The position numbers were made by a program, and so were the translations under genes. A DNA stretch of 36,325 nt from Octopus bimaculoides (lineage: Eukaryota): positions 9,359,506 to 9,395,830 of the forward strand of contig NC_069003.1 of NCBI RefSeq assembly GCF_001194135.2, read 5' to 3'. Numbering within the stretch: the stretch's first letter is position 1; each line of letters starts with the position of its first letter. Below, piece by piece: positions 33,638-36,325 of this stretch. The notes beneath the pieces were generated by a model that saw nothing but the letters and a program-made list of their open reading frames with translations, was not told where the DNA came from and ran no database searches.

Positions 33638-33879
33638 TTTTCTCCATTTCAATATCAAATTCTATCGTACCAAGCATCATCAGACTTGTAAGTTGACTTA
33701 CGAATACGTTCAACATGCTTTGTACTGTATTATGGTTGCATAACAAAATACTGTGTGCCTACGAGTCATTAACATCAGACTTCGAGACTCCCAGTCTATC
33801 CCTCCTCCTCAGCTTTCTCTCTCTCTCTCTCTTTATGAGCACGAGAAGTAAGTGGTGGTGATACTGCCAGTGGCTGGTG

Positions 33880-34335
33880 GTGAGGGTGTCAGTGTTAGGG
33901 TTTATGTCGATGGTTGGGGTGATGGTAATGGTAGTAGTGACAGTGTTGGTGGTTATGGTGGTGGTAGCTTTGGTAATAATGGTTGCAGTTTTGGTGGTGG
34001 TGGTCACGGTTTTGGTGGTTGGAGTGGTCATGGTTTTGGTGGTAGTGTTGGTTGCAGTTTTGGTAGTAGTGATGGTAGTGTTGGTCACAGCTTGGTTGTA
34101 GTAGTTGTAATGGTGGTTGCAGTTTTGGTGGTAGTGTTGGTCACAGTTTCAGTGGTGGTTGCAGTTTTGGTAGTAGTGGTGGTAATAGTTGTAGTGGTGG
34201 TTTCAGTTTTGGTGGTGGTGTTGGTCACAGTTTCAGTTGTAATAGCTCTAGTGGTGGTTGCAGTTTTGGTGGTAGTGGTGGTGATGGTGTTGTAACAGTG
34301 GAATAGTGGAAGTGGTGATGACTGCAGTGGTGGTA
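33880..34335. repeat. GTG-rich minisatellite (ggtggttgcagttttggtggtagtgttggtcacag units)
   Basis: Directly visible; source of the Thr-rich and Val-rich ORFs. Confidence 0.85.
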
Positions 34336-35286
34336 GTAGTAGTAGTAGTAGCTCTATGGCAGTTGTAATAAGAATAAAAAAACCAAGGAACAGCAAATGT
34401 GAAGCACCACCAAGAACAACAACAGCAGCAGCAGTAGGTAGTAGTAGTAGTAGTAGTAGTAGTAGTATCTATAAGATATCTATTACAATCTCTCAACTAT
34501 CTCCTGTACACATTTTCAATTTTCCAATTCCATTGGCGATAAACAAAACAAGGAAATCGAAATAAAAACAGCAAAGACGAAACAAACAAAAAAAACCCAA
34601 GCAACACCTGTGATCGTTGTGGGTGTTTGCATTGTAGTCTGGGGTGGGGGTGCTGGTTGGTCTCTTGGTCTTGTTTGGTGTTTGGGTGGTGGTGGTGGTG
34701 GTGGTTGGGGTGTGCTAGTTTGGTTGTCAGAAGAAACAAGAAATGGACAGCTGATTGCGTTTCTCTCCTGTTTTTTTTTTTCTTGCTTTTTATTATTATT
34801 ATTATTATTTCGAATTATTTTCTTGTTTGTGCTTTATCTCTCTCCCACTCTTTTTCTCTCTCTTTCTCTATCTATCTATCTGTCTATTTTTATCTTTATT
34901 TCTCTCTCTCTCTCTCTCTCTCTCTCCCCTCTCCCCATCTGTAGAGAAGTCATATTCTAACTCAAATGTTCCAGGTAATAAGTCGCTGACTGTGCATATA
35001 TGATTGTTTGTGTATACATGTATGTATGTGTACATCATNNNNNNNNNNGTCCAAATGAATGTGTGTATGTGTATATACAAGTATATATATATATATATGA
35101 AGTCATAAATGACAGAAATAGTTTAATGAAACTTTATTTCACAATAAGAAAATTCTAATATCATGACACATTGTTTCGTAACTTAAAACCATGTAAATAA
35201 TTTATATTATTACATTTGATAATAAATGAATTACTTACGTCCTCAGTTGAAAGAAAGTCTTTGTTAAATACTAAATCCCCAGTTCT

Positions 35287-35441
35287 ATATTAACTACAAA
35301 CAAGATGAGGACAAATATCCTTCAAATGTAAATAATGTAAATAATGTACATAATTCTTCATCTCTTAGATATCGAACTGTATTATCTTATCACTACGGAA
35401 CCGACATTAGACTTCAACCCAAGTTCAATTCCAGGCAGTGA

Positions 35442-35486
<45 letters not shown>

Positions 35487-35517
35487 CAATAATAATAATA
35501 ATAATAATAATAATGAC

Positions 35518-35561
<44 letters not shown>

Positions 35562-35562
35562 C

Positions 35563-35593
<31 letters not shown>

Positions 35594-35756
35594 GCAACAA
35601 CAACAACATCGAAAAATGCCTTAGGAATGAGAACCCAGGTTCGAAATTTCTTCAAGACACCTGATGAAGGCTGGAGGGTATATTAGCTGAAACGTGTTAA
35701 CAACAAACAAGATGAGAACAAATATCCGTCAAATGTAAATAATGTAAAAAATGTAC
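35287..35756 (+). mobile_element. Retrozyme/Penelope-like non-autonomous element: 407-bp unit plus 63-bp terminal direct repeat, internal (AAT)n
   Basis: 35290-35349 vs 35697-35756 differ at 4 of 60 positions; a hammerhead core lies immediately before the second copy. Confidence 0.65.
35656..35698 (+). ncRNA. Type I hammerhead ribozyme remnant (cleavage triplet absent)
   Basis: GACAC-CTGATGA-A-GGCTGG-agggtata-TTAGCT-GAAAC-GTGTT: helix I and helix II form, but no NUH lies between GAAAC and helix I. Confidence 0.6.
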
Positions 35757-35942
35757 TAAATCGTCTTTGTAACGTTGTAGGAATGGACTTATATATATTT
35801 ATATATATATATTCAAATATGTCTGTGTTTATAAATATGACATATATGTGCACACGTGTGTGTATATATATGCATATATTCACACGTGTGTATGTACACG
35901 TACATACACACATGTGTTATGTGTGCATAACATACATGTATA

Positions 35943-35968
35943 TCTATATATATAAAAATGAGAATGTG

Positions 35969-35999
<31 letters not shown>

Positions 36000-36270
36000 G
36001 TGAATCCCTAAAACTCGAGAACTACGCAACCAATTTCATTCAAATTTTACACATGCCTTACTTAGGGTTCCAGTTGTGTTTTAGTCAAAAAATTATTAAC
36101 TTCTTGCAGAGTTCGAGCACACGGCAACATAATATCTCCTCCACTATTTAAGTATTACGTGTCAAAAGTGAAACAAAAACACTCATGTCAAATACTTTCA
36201 CTTTAAAAATGAAACTATTCCACTAACTGAAACAATCACATTTCGATACTGTAGTGACAGATACTTTCAC
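35943..36270 (+). mobile_element. Probable non-autonomous Helitron/Helentron-like element (3' end not identified)
   Basis: A|TC start, tctatatatataaaaatg, (GTCT)n, then aactacgcaaccaatttcattcaaattttacac, a layout typical of invertebrate non-autonomous rolling-circle elements; no 3' hairpin/CTRR seen. Confidence 0.45.
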
Positions 36271-36325
36271 AGAGAGAGAAAGAGAGAAAGAGAGAGAGAT
36301 GTATATGTATACATATACATGTATA

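Noticed and set aside
33759-34396. Thr-rich mucin-like ORFs
   Set aside because: Derived from a GTG-rich minisatellite, open on both strands, no signal peptide or splice support.

Overview
Eukaryotic, AT-rich, microsatellite-saturated scaffold sequence with many N gaps. The SINE families and repeat landscape look like an octopus genome (my recognition, not a database result). I cannot support any protein-coding gene, tRNA, rRNA or CRISPR array: the long ORFs in the track are N-runs or microsatellite translations. The window is a mosaic of three tRNA-headed SINE types (here called A, B, C; more than 25 full or partial copies, including nested, head-to-tail, tail-amplified and chimeric forms), a mariner-derived MITE, piggyBac-like MITEs, probable LINE 3' ends, a probable Helitron-like element, minisatellites and several inverted repeats. 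The most notable signals are RNA-level. (1) At 66-124, a complete set of hammerhead ribozyme core nucleotides and all three helices occur in a non-circularly permuted strand order at the 5' end of a short repeat. (2) At 35287-35756, a retrozyme/Penelope-like 407-bp unit carries a type I hammerhead remnant, and its terminal repeat starts exactly at the position equivalent to the predicted cleavage site. Repeat boundaries were read by eye and are approximate (roughly +/-10 bp).
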